A stretch of DNA of 64,000 nt from contig CABUCL010000006.1 of NCBI GenBank assembly GCA_902490065.1, positions 11,446 through 75,445 on the forward strand, in the 5' to 3' direction. The DNA comes from an uncultured Collinsella sp. Its GTDB lineage: Bacteria > Actinomycetota > Coriobacteriia > Coriobacteriales > Coriobacteriaceae. How positions within the stretch are numbered: position 1 is the first letter of the stretch; each line of letters begins with the position of its first letter. Below are positions 29,463 through 38,695 of the stretch, piece after piece. The notes beneath the pieces are model-generated. The model did not search any database. It saw nothing but the letters and a program-made list of their open reading frames with translations, and was not told where the DNA came from. The position numbers and the translations under genes were made by a program.

Positions 29463-29676
29463 CCCCTATTCCTTTCAAAATCCCTGTTATTTAAGAAACT
29501 GCCGTGGGTTATACCTCATGCCTTAATTGTCGTTTTCAGCATGTCTTTAGACGAGGGCAGTTGTTTGCAATCCGAAATAATACGCATTCGTTCGCAGCAC
29601 TTGTTGTTCAATAATTGGCATAAAACGGGCAGGTCAACCATTCATTGCCGATTAACCCGCCCCTTCCGTGCAGAAC

Positions 29677-30525
29677 TTATTTATTTACATCGTAGCTGGA
29701 AACAGATGCGACAACGCGCGCGGCGTCAACATCGGACATTGCCTCGAACTTGACTTTCTCACCCGGCGCCCACGAAGAAGTGTCCGCATAGGTCTCCTCC
29801 GCTTTGATGTCATCTGCATCATAGAGAGCAAGTGTCAGGCTGACGTTAGAGAACGATATACCAGAGGTGTTCTCAACTACCGCCGTATACGTATACAGAC
29901 CGTAACCGTCATCCGATTTTTCGAAATTTGCTCCCTGAATCAAACTGTTGATGGCATCCTCGTAGCGGGTCTTCTCTGCTACGGACTTTCCATTCTTAAT
30001 TAAGTCGTTGAAATCATCCTCGTATTTCTCCCCGACTTCCAACCCGTAATTATCAACAAGCTTTTTGAGCTGCGCAGACCGCTTATCGTAGACCTTATTC
30101 CACTCTTCGTAATAATCCGAAGACGATTGCGAGTAATCCTCGGTCACTTTAAGCTGGTCATCAAGCAGATTCAGATACGTGATTACGTCCTGTTGCATCT
30201 TGGAATCCTTAAACCTAGCGTTCTTGAGTTCCTTGTCGTTCTTGATTTCGGCCTCAATAGCTTCCTGGATATTCTCGGTTGAATGAGGATCATCATCGTT
30301 TGCATTAGATTCAATGACGTCGGACCTTCTCTCAAACCCGGCGGCGATAACATTCATCGCCTTATCGTCGACATATTTCGACTTTGCAGCGTTTGCATCA
30401 TTCTGTGAACAGGCCGAAATGAACCCCAGAGAACAGATGAGTAGTACAAGCAAACCCATCATGGGCATCTTTTTAGTAATATTTCGTTTCACGACTATTT
30501 CCCTTCGATTGACGTTGCAACTCAT
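29677..30525 (-). CDS. Lipoprotein with C-terminal FxLYD domain
   Basis: Lipobox-like FISAC; VENTSG...LALYDADD...APGEKVKF. Confidence 0.7.
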   Translation of the reverse strand: MSCNVNRREIVVKRNITKKMPMMGLLVLLICSLGFISACSQNDANAAKSKYVDDKAMNVIAAGFERRSDVIESNANDDDPHSTENIQEAIEAEIKNDKELKNARFKDSKMQQDVITYLNLLDDQLKVTEDYSQSSSDYYEEWNKVYDKRSAQLKKLVDNYGLEVGEKYEDDFNDLIKNGKSVAEKTRYEDAINSLIQGANFEKSDDGYGLYTYTAVVENTSGISFSNVSLTLALYDADDIKAEETYADTSSWAPGEKVKFEAMSDVDAARVVASVSSYDVNK

Positions 30526-30653
30526 AGCCCCTCATCAAAAAGCAGACGAATTGACAACGCGGTGGCACTATTTGGTTTAAGGGCGTGAACTGGATAAATG
30601 CTGAGGGAAGGAGCGGGCCCGCGTAAGAATACTACCCTCATCAAATTGTCTAG

Positions 30654-31289
30654 TTAAAGCGAACGATTAAACGGCGGGCGGTCAACAATAGCTGAATCCG
30701 CCCGTCTCCAACGATCAAACGTCGACGGACTAACGCCCAATAGCGCGGCAGCGTCCCGCCTTGTCACCCCACCTCCTTTAAATGATTGGACAACTGAACG
30801 ATAGTTTTCTGGACGCTCGATCATTGGGCGTCCAAATCGAATGCCGCGCGATCGCGCCGAAGCAATACCTTCAGCTTGTCTTTGCTTTATGTTTTCGCGC
30901 TCCACCTGAGCCACGTAACTCAAAACCTGAAGCACTAGATCGGCAATAAAAGTCCCCGTAATTCCATTGGGTTGTTCGCGTGTATCAAGCAATGGCATAT
31001 CGAGCACCACGATGGCAACGCGTTTGTCCGTCGTTAGGCGACGCCATTCATCGATAACTTCACGGTAGTCGCGACCCAATCGATCGATACTCTTAATCAC
31101 CAGAACGTCCCCTTCGCGCAGACGACGAAGAAGACGCCGGTACTGAGGACGCCTGAAGTCCTTTCCACTCGCTTTGTCAGCATAGATCAAATTCGTTTGG
31201 ACCGGAAACCGCTCCAGCGCATCCAGTTGGCGATCCAGGTTCTGATCTGCTGACGAAACTCGAGCATACCCATAGATTCTGTTTTTCAT
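30654..31289 (-). CDS. Small serine recombinase (resolvase/invertase)
   Basis: YGYARVSSADQNLDRQ, SIDRLGR, ERENIKQRQAEGI, FGRP and C-terminal HTH. Confidence 0.93.
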   Translation of the reverse strand: MKNRIYGYARVSSADQNLDRQLDALERFPVQTNLIYADKASGKDFRRPQYRRLLRRLREGDVLVIKSIDRLGRDYREVIDEWRRLTTDKRVAIVVLDMPLLDTREQPNGITGTFIADLVLQVLSYVAQVERENIKQRQAEGIASARSRGIRFGRPMIERPENYRSVVQSFKGGGVTRRDAAALLGVSPSTFDRWRRADSAIVDRPPFNRSL

Positions 31290-31450
31290 GATTGCCCCTA
31301 TCAGCCGCACGATGGCAGCTTCAGCTCATCTGAGAGCCCACTCACGATAGGGCGTGCAAATTTCGCGAATGGGTTGAACCCATTTTCGGGCTCCAACGTA
31401 AGCTATTCAAGCACCGCTTCGATAACGCACGGCGCCAACCTTATGCTTTG

Positions 31451-31502
31451 AAATGAAATTAATCGTTTTTAATTGAAATTAACTAGAATAAAATGAAATT
31501 AA
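31451..31502 (+). repeat. Three direct repeats AA(A/T)TGAAATTAA at 20-bp period
   Basis: Copies start at 31451, 31471 and 31491, directly upstream of the ATPase RBS. Confidence 0.75.
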
Positions 31503-31526
31503 CCCGAGACGCTAAAGGAGGGCATT

Positions 31527-32627
31527 GTGGAATATCTCGAGAACCCGTTTACCCCCAGTTTTGGTGAGGTTCCTGCCCATCTCGCTGGCAGACAACAGAT
31601 TATTCGGGATTTGGACCGTGCCTTCTTGAGTCAGCGCAGGCGCCCAGAATTGACCTCGATCTTCTCAGGCGCGCGTGGAACCGGTAAAACCGCTCTCATG
31701 TCGTCGCTCGCGACAAGGGCGGAATCCCACGGCTGGATAGCCGTAAAGACGACCGCGCTCCCGGGAATGCTTGAGGAAATCGAGTTCGGGGCGAAACGTG
31801 CTGCCGGCCATCTTATCGACCCGTCTAAGAACTTCGAAGTCACCGGTCTCGGAATTGCACCGCTCGGCAGCGTCGAGGTCAATCGCGTTCACGATGCTTC
31901 AACCTGGCGTTATCGCATGAGCGACATCATCGACCAGCTCAACGAGGCGGGCACCGGTCTGCTCGTCACGGTTGACGAGGTGGACCCGACACTCGACGAG
32001 ATGATCCAACTCGCAGCCACGTATCAGCACTTTGTGACCGATGGGAAACGCGTCGCCTTGCTTATGGCGGGACTTCCCAACAACGTCTCGACATTGCTGA
32101 ATCACAAGACGGTCTCGTTCCTTCGCCGCGCCCAACAATATCATCTGGGTCGCATTGCCGACTATGACGTGCGCGAGGCCTTGATTCGCACAATCCAGGA
32201 AAACGATCGCCTGGCAGATGCTGAGGGAATCGATAGAGCCGTTCGCTCGATCTCTGGTTTTCCCTTCCTATTGCAACTCGTAGGCTACCGTGCCTGGGAT
32301 CTCACAAGCGATTCGAAGGAAATCTCGTCACGCGACTTTGACCTGGGAATCAAAATCGCGCGCGACGAGATGGATGACCGAATCCTCGCGGCAACCTATC
32401 GGGAACTCACTGCAGAGGACAAGCGATTCCTCATCGCCATGCTCGATGACGAGGAAGAGTCCACCACCGCTGACCTTGTCGAGCGCCTTAAGCGTTCGCC
32501 GCAGCAGGTCTCCCGCTACCGACGCCGCATGATAGATGCCGGCATCATCGGAGAACGAGGACGAGGGCTCGTCGCATTTGAATTGCCATTCTTCCGCGAC
32601 TATCTCGCGGCTCAATGCGTGAAATAG
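31527..32627 (+). CDS. AAA+ ATPase with C-terminal winged-helix (AAA_16/Orc1-Cdc6-like architecture)
   Basis: NPFTPSFG, LAGR, Walker A GARGTGKT, Walker B VTVDE, GFPFLLQLVG and C-terminal HTH. Confidence 0.82.
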   Translation: MEYLENPFTPSFGEVPAHLAGRQQIIRDLDRAFLSQRRRPELTSIFSGARGTGKTALMSSLATRAESHGWIAVKTTALPGMLEEIEFGAKRAAGHLIDPSKNFEVTGLGIAPLGSVEVNRVHDASTWRYRMSDIIDQLNEAGTGLLVTVDEVDPTLDEMIQLAATYQHFVTDGKRVALLMAGLPNNVSTLLNHKTVSFLRRAQQYHLGRIADYDVREALIRTIQENDRLADAEGIDRAVRSISGFPFLLQLVGYRAWDLTSDSKEISSRDFDLGIKIARDEMDDRILAATYRELTAEDKRFLIAMLDDEEESTTADLVERLKRSPQQVSRYRRRMIDAGIIGERGRGLVAFELPFFRDYLAAQCVK

Positions 32628-32631
32628 AAAT

Positions 32632-32666
32632 CAATGTGACAAAGAGGCAGCCCCTTTGTCACATTG
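32632..32666. repeat. Palindrome (REP-like or bidirectional terminator)
   Basis: CAATGTGACAAAGAGGC-A-GCCCCTTTGTCACATTG between convergent genes. Confidence 0.65.
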
Positions 32667-32667
32667 C

Positions 32668-35181
32668 CTATAGGTAGCGACCGGTAATGCTCTTGGAGCA
32701 GGCCACGATGTCGCCCGGCGTACCGGCGCAGACGATTTGCCCGCCCGCATCGCCACCGCCCGGGCCCATGTCGATCACGTAATCGGCGTTGCGGATAAGG
32801 TCGAGGTCATGCTCGATCACGACAACTGTGGCGCCCTTGGCAACGAGTCCGTCGAACACACTCAGCAACACCTGAACATCGAGCGGATGTAGTCCGATCG
32901 TGGGCTCGTCAAATACGAATACGGCATCATCCTGCACGCGGCCCATCTCACTCGCGAGCTTAAGGCGCTGTGCCTCACCGCCCGAAAGCGCCGGTGTGGG
33001 CTCGCCAAGCGTGAGATAACCCAGGCCCAGGTCGTGCAAGGTCTGCAAGCGCACCTGAACTTTCTTGAGTCCCACCGTAGCGTCGAGTGCCTCGTCCACG
33101 CTCATATCCATAAGCTGCGGCAACGTAAGCAGACTGCCATCCTTGCCTTCGCGATGGATATGCGAGGCGGCCTCGGCGTAGCGCGAGCCACGGCATGCCG
33201 GGCAGACGATCTCGACGTCGGGCAAAAACTGCACGTCGAGTGATATCGAGCCCGTGCCATCGCACGTAGGGCAGCGCAAGGCGCCGGTGTTGTAGCTAAA
33301 GGCACCCGCCTTGTAGCCGGCTGCCTTGGCCTCGGACGTACGGGCGAAGGCGCGACGCAGCTCGTCATGAATGTCGGCATAAGTCGCCACTGTCGAGCGC
33401 ACGTTGGCGCCGATAGGCGTAGCGTCAATCAGGTTTGCGCGGGCAATGCCTTCGGCATCGACCCAGCGCACATGTTTTGGCAGGCGCTCGCCGGCTGCCT
33501 GCGCCTTAAGCGCCGGGATGAGCGTCTCGAGCACCAACGTCGTCTTGCCCGAACCCGAAACGCCCGTAACCGCAACAAGGCGGCCGCGCGGGATATCAAC
33601 TTCGAGCGGCTTAACGGTATGGATGGCATCGGTTGCCATGCGAATATGCCCCTGGTCGAACATTTCCTCGTCAGTCACCTGCGGACGCAGGCGCTTGGAC
33701 TCTGCGCGCAAAAACGGGGCGATGCGGCTGCCCTGCGATTGTTCGACCTCGTCCACCGTACCTGCAGCGATCACGTTACCGCCGCCCGCTCCGGCAACGG
33801 GGCCCATCTCGACCAGATAGTCGGCTTCCGCCAGTACGCGCGTGTCGTGGTCGACAACAACCACGGTGTTGCCGTCATCCACCAGATCGCGCATCACGCC
33901 CACCAAGCCGTCGACATTGGCAGGATGCAAGCCGATCGAAGGCTCGTCCAGCACATAAAGCACACCCGTCGATCGGTTGCGCACCACGCGGGCGAGCTGC
34001 ACACGCTGGCGCTCACCCGTGGAGAGCGTGGCGCCGGCGCGATCGAGCGAAAGGTAATCGAGACCCAGGTCGACCAGACGACGGGCCGCACTCAAAAACG
34101 AATCGCAGATATCCGTCGCCATGGGCCGCATCTCGGCCGGCAAGGACGTAGGCACCCCGCGCACCCACTCAATCGCCTCACCCAGCGTCATGGCCGCTGC
34201 TTGCGCCAGATTGATACCGCGCACCTGGGGCTGGCGCGCAGCCTCGGAGAGACGCGTGCCGCCGCAATCGCGGCATGCTCCCTCGCGCAAAAAGCGCGCA
34301 ACGCGTTTTAAGCCCTTATCGTCCTTGACCTTGGCGAGCGCATTCTCGACGGTATAGACGGCGTTGTAATAGGTAAAGTCGAGCGGCGTGGCGCCCTCGC
34401 CGTTTTTGGGAACGTAGAGAATATGCTTCTTAACCGCCGGGCCGTGAAACACGATGTCGCGCTCTTGAGGCGTGAGCTGGTTAAACGGCACGTCGGTGCG
34501 CACGCCCATCTCGCCGGCCACCTGCTTCATCAGGTCCCACATGAGCGTGCCCCAGGGAAGCACCGCACCCTCGTTGATGGTCTTTGACTCGTCGGGCACC
34601 AGGCTCGCCTCGTCTACCTCGCGCATGACACCGGTGCCGCCGCAGGTAGGGCACGCACCGCCGCTATTGAAAGCCAAATCCTCGGCACTCGGCGCGTAGA
34701 ACTCGCGGCCGCATGTCGGACACGTGAGCGACAGGCCCGCAGCCACGTTAAGGCTCGGCTCCACACGCGCCCCGCAATGCGGGCACACGTGATGGGCGCA
34801 ACGGCTAAAGAGTAGACGCAGGCTATTGTTGAGCTCGGTCATGGTACCAAAGGTCGAGCGCACGCCCGGTACGCTGGGGCGCTGATGTAATGCGAGCGCC
34901 GCTGGCACGTGCAGCACCTCGTCCACCTGGGCGTGCTCGGCCTGCGTCAGACGACGGCGGGTATAGGTGCTGAGCGCCTCCAGATAGCGGCGCGAGCCCT
35001 CGGCATAAAGAACCCCGAGTGCCAGCGAACTCTTGCCCGAGCCCGACACGCCGGCAATACCCACGAGCCTTCCCAGCGGGATATCAATATCGATGTCCTT
35101 GAGGTTATGGACGCGCGCGCCACGCACCTCGATAGCCTGCGGGTTCATCTTCTGTTCCGTCACCTTTATCACCCTACTCAT
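32668..35181 (-). CDS. Class II UvrA-like ABC ATPase (UvrA2/DrrC-like)
   Basis: GARVHNLK, two GVSGSGK Walker A motifs, CxxC fingers, LSTGE and LSGGE signatures; shorter than canonical UvrA. Confidence 0.88.
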   Translation of the reverse strand: MSRVIKVTEQKMNPQAIEVRGARVHNLKDIDIDIPLGRLVGIAGVSGSGKSSLALGVLYAEGSRRYLEALSTYTRRRLTQAEHAQVDEVLHVPAALALHQRPSVPGVRSTFGTMTELNNSLRLLFSRCAHHVCPHCGARVEPSLNVAAGLSLTCPTCGREFYAPSAEDLAFNSGGACPTCGGTGVMREVDEASLVPDESKTINEGAVLPWGTLMWDLMKQVAGEMGVRTDVPFNQLTPQERDIVFHGPAVKKHILYVPKNGEGATPLDFTYYNAVYTVENALAKVKDDKGLKRVARFLREGACRDCGGTRLSEAARQPQVRGINLAQAAAMTLGEAIEWVRGVPTSLPAEMRPMATDICDSFLSAARRLVDLGLDYLSLDRAGATLSTGERQRVQLARVVRNRSTGVLYVLDEPSIGLHPANVDGLVGVMRDLVDDGNTVVVVDHDTRVLAEADYLVEMGPVAGAGGGNVIAAGTVDEVEQSQGSRIAPFLRAESKRLRPQVTDEEMFDQGHIRMATDAIHTVKPLEVDIPRGRLVAVTGVSGSGKTTLVLETLIPALKAQAAGERLPKHVRWVDAEGIARANLIDATPIGANVRSTVATYADIHDELRRAFARTSEAKAAGYKAGAFSYNTGALRCPTCDGTGSISLDVQFLPDVEIVCPACRGSRYAEAASHIHREGKDGSLLTLPQLMDMSVDEALDATVGLKKVQVRLQTLHDLGLGYLTLGEPTPALSGGEAQRLKLASEMGRVQDDAVFVFDEPTIGLHPLDVQVLLSVFDGLVAKGATVVVIEHDLDLIRNADYVIDMGPGGGDAGGQIVCAGTPGDIVACSKSITGRYL

Positions 35182-36292
35182 GCCATATAACTCGATCGCG
35201 AATGTACGCGCCCAGCATGGGCACGGTAAACCGGACGAGGCCGTATCCGGCAGCCTCGATGACGCGCTCGCGAATCAGGCTTGCGCGATATTTACTCGCC
35301 CAGCTCTGAGTGCGATCACAGCGCTCAATGATATCCGCCATGCGCGTCGGTTTACCCTCGTCAGCAGCCATGGCCTCGATAAAGAAGCGTTGTGGACTGC
35401 GCAGCCCGTAATACAGAGGCGCGTCAACCGCTTCGTAGAACTCGGAGACGGCATCGGCGTAGCCAGCCTCGGCATCGCACACTTCAATGACCTGAGAGCC
35501 ATGCCGGACAGCAGAGCGCCACATGTAATATCCCACCAGCTGAACCATATAGGGATGCCCCATGCTCTTGCGTGCCGCAAGGTCCGCCGTCTCCGCGTCA
35601 ACGTAAAGACCAGCGTCTTTGACCGTCTGGATATACGAATCGCGCACCTTGGGCAAAGATATCGCCCCCAGAGTACGCTGCTGGGCACGCCGCAAAAACG
35701 TCACGCTCGGCTCTTCGAGCAGATCGTCAACCATGCTGGGTAAACCGGCGAACACCAGCGCAAGACCGCGCTGGTCGCTATCGGGCAAGCCCGTGGCATC
35801 CTGGTCTCCGAGCACCTGCTGATAGAGAACAGCAAGAGCCGCCAGTTCCTCGATAGACGCCGATTGCGCCTCGTCAATCGCAAACAGTATGCCCTTGCCT
35901 GGACCGAGCTTCTTGAGGCGCTCGTTGACCAGCCCTCGCAACGTTTCGCCCTTTACCCGCGCCGCCTCGACCGACATCCGGCCAAACGACGGACCGAACT
36001 CCATTGACGTCACAACGGGTTTATTCGAGCGAAGCGCGTCGGCCAATCGGTCGCATAAGCCAAGCGAAGCGGAATCGGAGACAACCGCCCATCCGCGCTC
36101 ATTGGCTAGACGTTGCAGCTCCCGCAGGAGAACCGTTTTGCCACAGCCGCGGTTTCCCGTAATGAGCATGAGCCTGCCCGGCGCTCCGGCGCCGTTATCG
36201 AGTCCTTCCTCGAAATCTTCGATGACCGACTCGCGACCGATGAGCATCGGAGGCCGCTTGCCTGCCGTTGGCTTAAAGGGATTTGGATTCAT
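35174..36292 (-). CDS. AAA+ ATPase with C-terminal winged-helix, paralogue of 31527-32627
   Basis: NPFKPTAG, LIGR, GNRGCGKT, FAIDEAQ, TFLRRA and GHPYMVQLVG; overlaps the UvrA-like start. Confidence 0.82.
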   Translation of the reverse strand: MNPNPFKPTAGKRPPMLIGRESVIEDFEEGLDNGAGAPGRLMLITGNRGCGKTVLLRELQRLANERGWAVVSDSASLGLCDRLADALRSNKPVVTSMEFGPSFGRMSVEAARVKGETLRGLVNERLKKLGPGKGILFAIDEAQSASIEELAALAVLYQQVLGDQDATGLPDSDQRGLALVFAGLPSMVDDLLEEPSVTFLRRAQQRTLGAISLPKVRDSYIQTVKDAGLYVDAETADLAARKSMGHPYMVQLVGYYMWRSAVRHGSQVIEVCDAEAGYADAVSEFYEAVDAPLYYGLRSPQRFFIEAMAADEGKPTRMADIIERCDRTQSWASKYRASLIRERVIEAAGYGLVRFTVPMLGAYIRDRVIWHE

Positions 36293-36308
36293 GCCGGCCT
36301 CCTCGGAT

Positions 36309-36355
36309 TGGTAAACCCTGGTAACAGTTATACCAACTTATACCGAGTTATACCA
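36309..36355. repeat. 10-bp phased repeats upstream of the second AAA-wHTH gene
   Basis: TTATACC at 36328, 36338 and 36348; oppositely oriented TGGTAA at 36309 and 36319. Confidence 0.7.
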
Positions 36356-36385
36356 ATTAAATGCGGCAAAGAGTCTGACCCTCTA

Positions 36386-38389
36386 TCACCTATGGCCGAA
36401 AAACTCGGCGTCTGCTGCTCGCCAGGAGCGGAAGGTGGTGGGATCGACCTTTACGTGCGCTGCGGCGGGGACGTCGTACCATTTGACCGTATAACCGGCG
36501 CCGTGAGAGCAAAAGACCGAATCGGGCGTGTTGGGCAGATCGGCCTCGGGCTCATAGGCAGCCGCCTCGATGACGCGCTCGGCATCATGGCAAGCCGCAT
36601 AGCCGGCGAACTCTAGATACAGATGCCCACGACCACTCGTGTAGGCAGCCACCTCCAGCGCGTAATCCTGCACCTCAGATGCCGGCGCGCGACCCACAAG
36701 CTTCGCCCGGTCCCCCGCCATCGTCGGCGGCTCGTACTCGGCACCCATGCGCGTGGCATCCGAGAGCGCCCGACCCACGCACTCCCCCGGCACCTCGAGC
36801 TCAAAGCGATACCACGGCTCCAGCAGCACCGCCGCGCCGGCCTCGCGCGCCTGCATGAGCCCCTGGCGAATCGCGCGGTACGTGGCCTGGCGAAAATCGC
36901 CGCCCTCGGTGTGTTTGGCATGCGCACGGCCGCCCGTGAGCGTAATGCGCACATCGGTGATGGGCGAACCGGTCAGCACGCCCAGGTGATCGCGCTCCAT
37001 GGCGTTGGTGAGTGCCAAACGCTGCCAGTTAAGATCGAGCTCGTCGGTCGAGGTCACGGTACCAAACTGCACGCCCGAACCCGCTGGCAACGGCTCCAGG
37101 CGTAGATGCACCTCGGCATAGTGGCGCAGTGGCTCAAAGTGGCCCACGCCCTCGACCGGCTGCGAAATAGTCTCCTTATAGAGAATGCCGCCAGGCTCAA
37201 ACGCAACCGAAAGGCCAAAGCGATCGGCCAGCACCCGCTGCACGACCTCGAGTTGCACGGCGCCCATCAACTGCAAATGAATCTGCTCAAGATGCGTATT
37301 CCAGCTTACGCCGAGCATGGGATCCTCGTCCGCCAACTCAGTCAGCGCTTTGAACACCGCGTGGACATCGTGTTCGCCCGGAAGCACCGTATAGGTGAGG
37401 ACCGACGCAATGACGGGCGCATCGCCCGCAGGCTCCGCGCCCAGGGCGTCCCCTGGGCGAACGTGCGCAAGACCCGTCACGGCACAAATACCGCCAGCGG
37501 CAACTTCTTGGGCAAGCTCATACTTTTCGCCGTTATAGATGCGTACCTGATCGACCTTCTGCTCCCATGCCTCGGCACCGGAACGTCCGTTAATCACCTG
37601 TTTGGCATGCAGCGTGCCGCCGGTCACTTTAACCCAAGCCAAGCGCTCGCCGCGATCCCCGCGGCTCACGCGGTAGACGCGCGCAGCAAACTTCGGGCGC
37701 CATGCCTGTTCGCGCATCAGCGCGCATATGCCATCTAGCAGCTCGTCCACGCCTTGGTCCTTGAGCGCCGAGCCGGCAAAGCAGGGAAAGAACTTGCGCT
37801 CGGCAACCATGCGCGACAGCGTTGCGACAGAAAGCTCACCCGCCTCAAGAAACTCCTCGAGCGCCGCCTCGTCCAACGCAGCAGCGTCCTCCTGAACGGA
37901 GCCGCCCGCCAGCAGTTCGCTGGCATCCAGGCAGCCCTCGGAAAGACGTTGCCCAAGTTGTGCCAGCAAAACATCGCGGCCGGGATTCTCCAAATCGATT
38001 TTGTTGATATAGATGAACGTCGGGATGTCATAGCGTGCAAGCAGGCGCCACAGGGTTTCGGTGTGCCCCTGCACGCCGTCGTTGGCGCCCACAACTAAAA
38101 TCGCGTAGTCCAGCGCGCGCAATGTGCGCTCCGCCTCGGCCGAAAAATCGACATGCCCCGGTGCATCCACGAGCATGACGTGGGTATCGCCATGGTCGAG
38201 CACGGCCTGCGACGAGAAAATCGTGATGCCACGTTCACGCTCGATCTCGTTCGTATCCAGATGCGAATCGCCATCGTCCACGCGGCCGCGCTTGCGAATG
38301 CGGCCCGCGTTGAACAGCATGGCCTCGGCCAGCGTGGTCTTGCCGGCATCGACATGCGCCAAGATTCCAACGACCGCTTGCTTCGACAT
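36386..38389 (-). CDS. TetM/EF-G-like translational GTPase
   Basis: AHVDAGKTT, ERERGITI, DAPGHVDF, NKID, HFEPLRHYAEV, HTEGGDFRQA and SVFCSHGAG. Confidence 0.88.
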   Translation of the reverse strand: MSKQAVVGILAHVDAGKTTLAEAMLFNAGRIRKRGRVDDGDSHLDTNEIERERGITIFSSQAVLDHGDTHVMLVDAPGHVDFSAEAERTLRALDYAILVVGANDGVQGHTETLWRLLARYDIPTFIYINKIDLENPGRDVLLAQLGQRLSEGCLDASELLAGGSVQEDAAALDEAALEEFLEAGELSVATLSRMVAERKFFPCFAGSALKDQGVDELLDGICALMREQAWRPKFAARVYRVSRGDRGERLAWVKVTGGTLHAKQVINGRSGAEAWEQKVDQVRIYNGEKYELAQEVAAGGICAVTGLAHVRPGDALGAEPAGDAPVIASVLTYTVLPGEHDVHAVFKALTELADEDPMLGVSWNTHLEQIHLQLMGAVQLEVVQRVLADRFGLSVAFEPGGILYKETISQPVEGVGHFEPLRHYAEVHLRLEPLPAGSGVQFGTVTSTDELDLNWQRLALTNAMERDHLGVLTGSPITDVRITLTGGRAHAKHTEGGDFRQATYRAIRQGLMQAREAGAAVLLEPWYRFELEVPGECVGRALSDATRMGAEYEPPTMAGDRAKLVGRAPASEVQDYALEVAAYTSGRGHLYLEFAGYAACHDAERVIEAAAYEPEADLPNTPDSVFCSHGAGYTVKWYDVPAAAHVKVDPTTFRSWRAADAEFFGHR

Positions 38390-38695
38390 GGCCCTCCTCT
38401 TATATACAAGCCCATCACACGCGGCAACGGGCACTCACGCTCCACACTGGATGATACAATTTACGGGCCGGCGGGCGAAGCGGGCCCTATCCCCCGACCG
38501 AGCTCATCGTCCCGCGTTGCCGCGCGGCGATTTTCGTAGGTTCGCGCCTTGCGAAAGCCGGCACCTCCCCTTTTTGTCTGCCCGGGCTCATCTGGGGCGA
38601 TAACAACGCGAGCCCCACAACAACGCGTTTTACCAAAAATGGCCCCACTCGGGGCCATTTTCATTTCGGTGAAACGCTGGTATGCGACTCGGCCT

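Noticed and set aside
38440..38690. Structured ncRNA upstream of the TetM-like gene
   Set aside because: Only a hairpin (AAAATGGCCCC/GGGGCCATTTT) that is adequately explained as the GNAT terminator; no known motif recognised.
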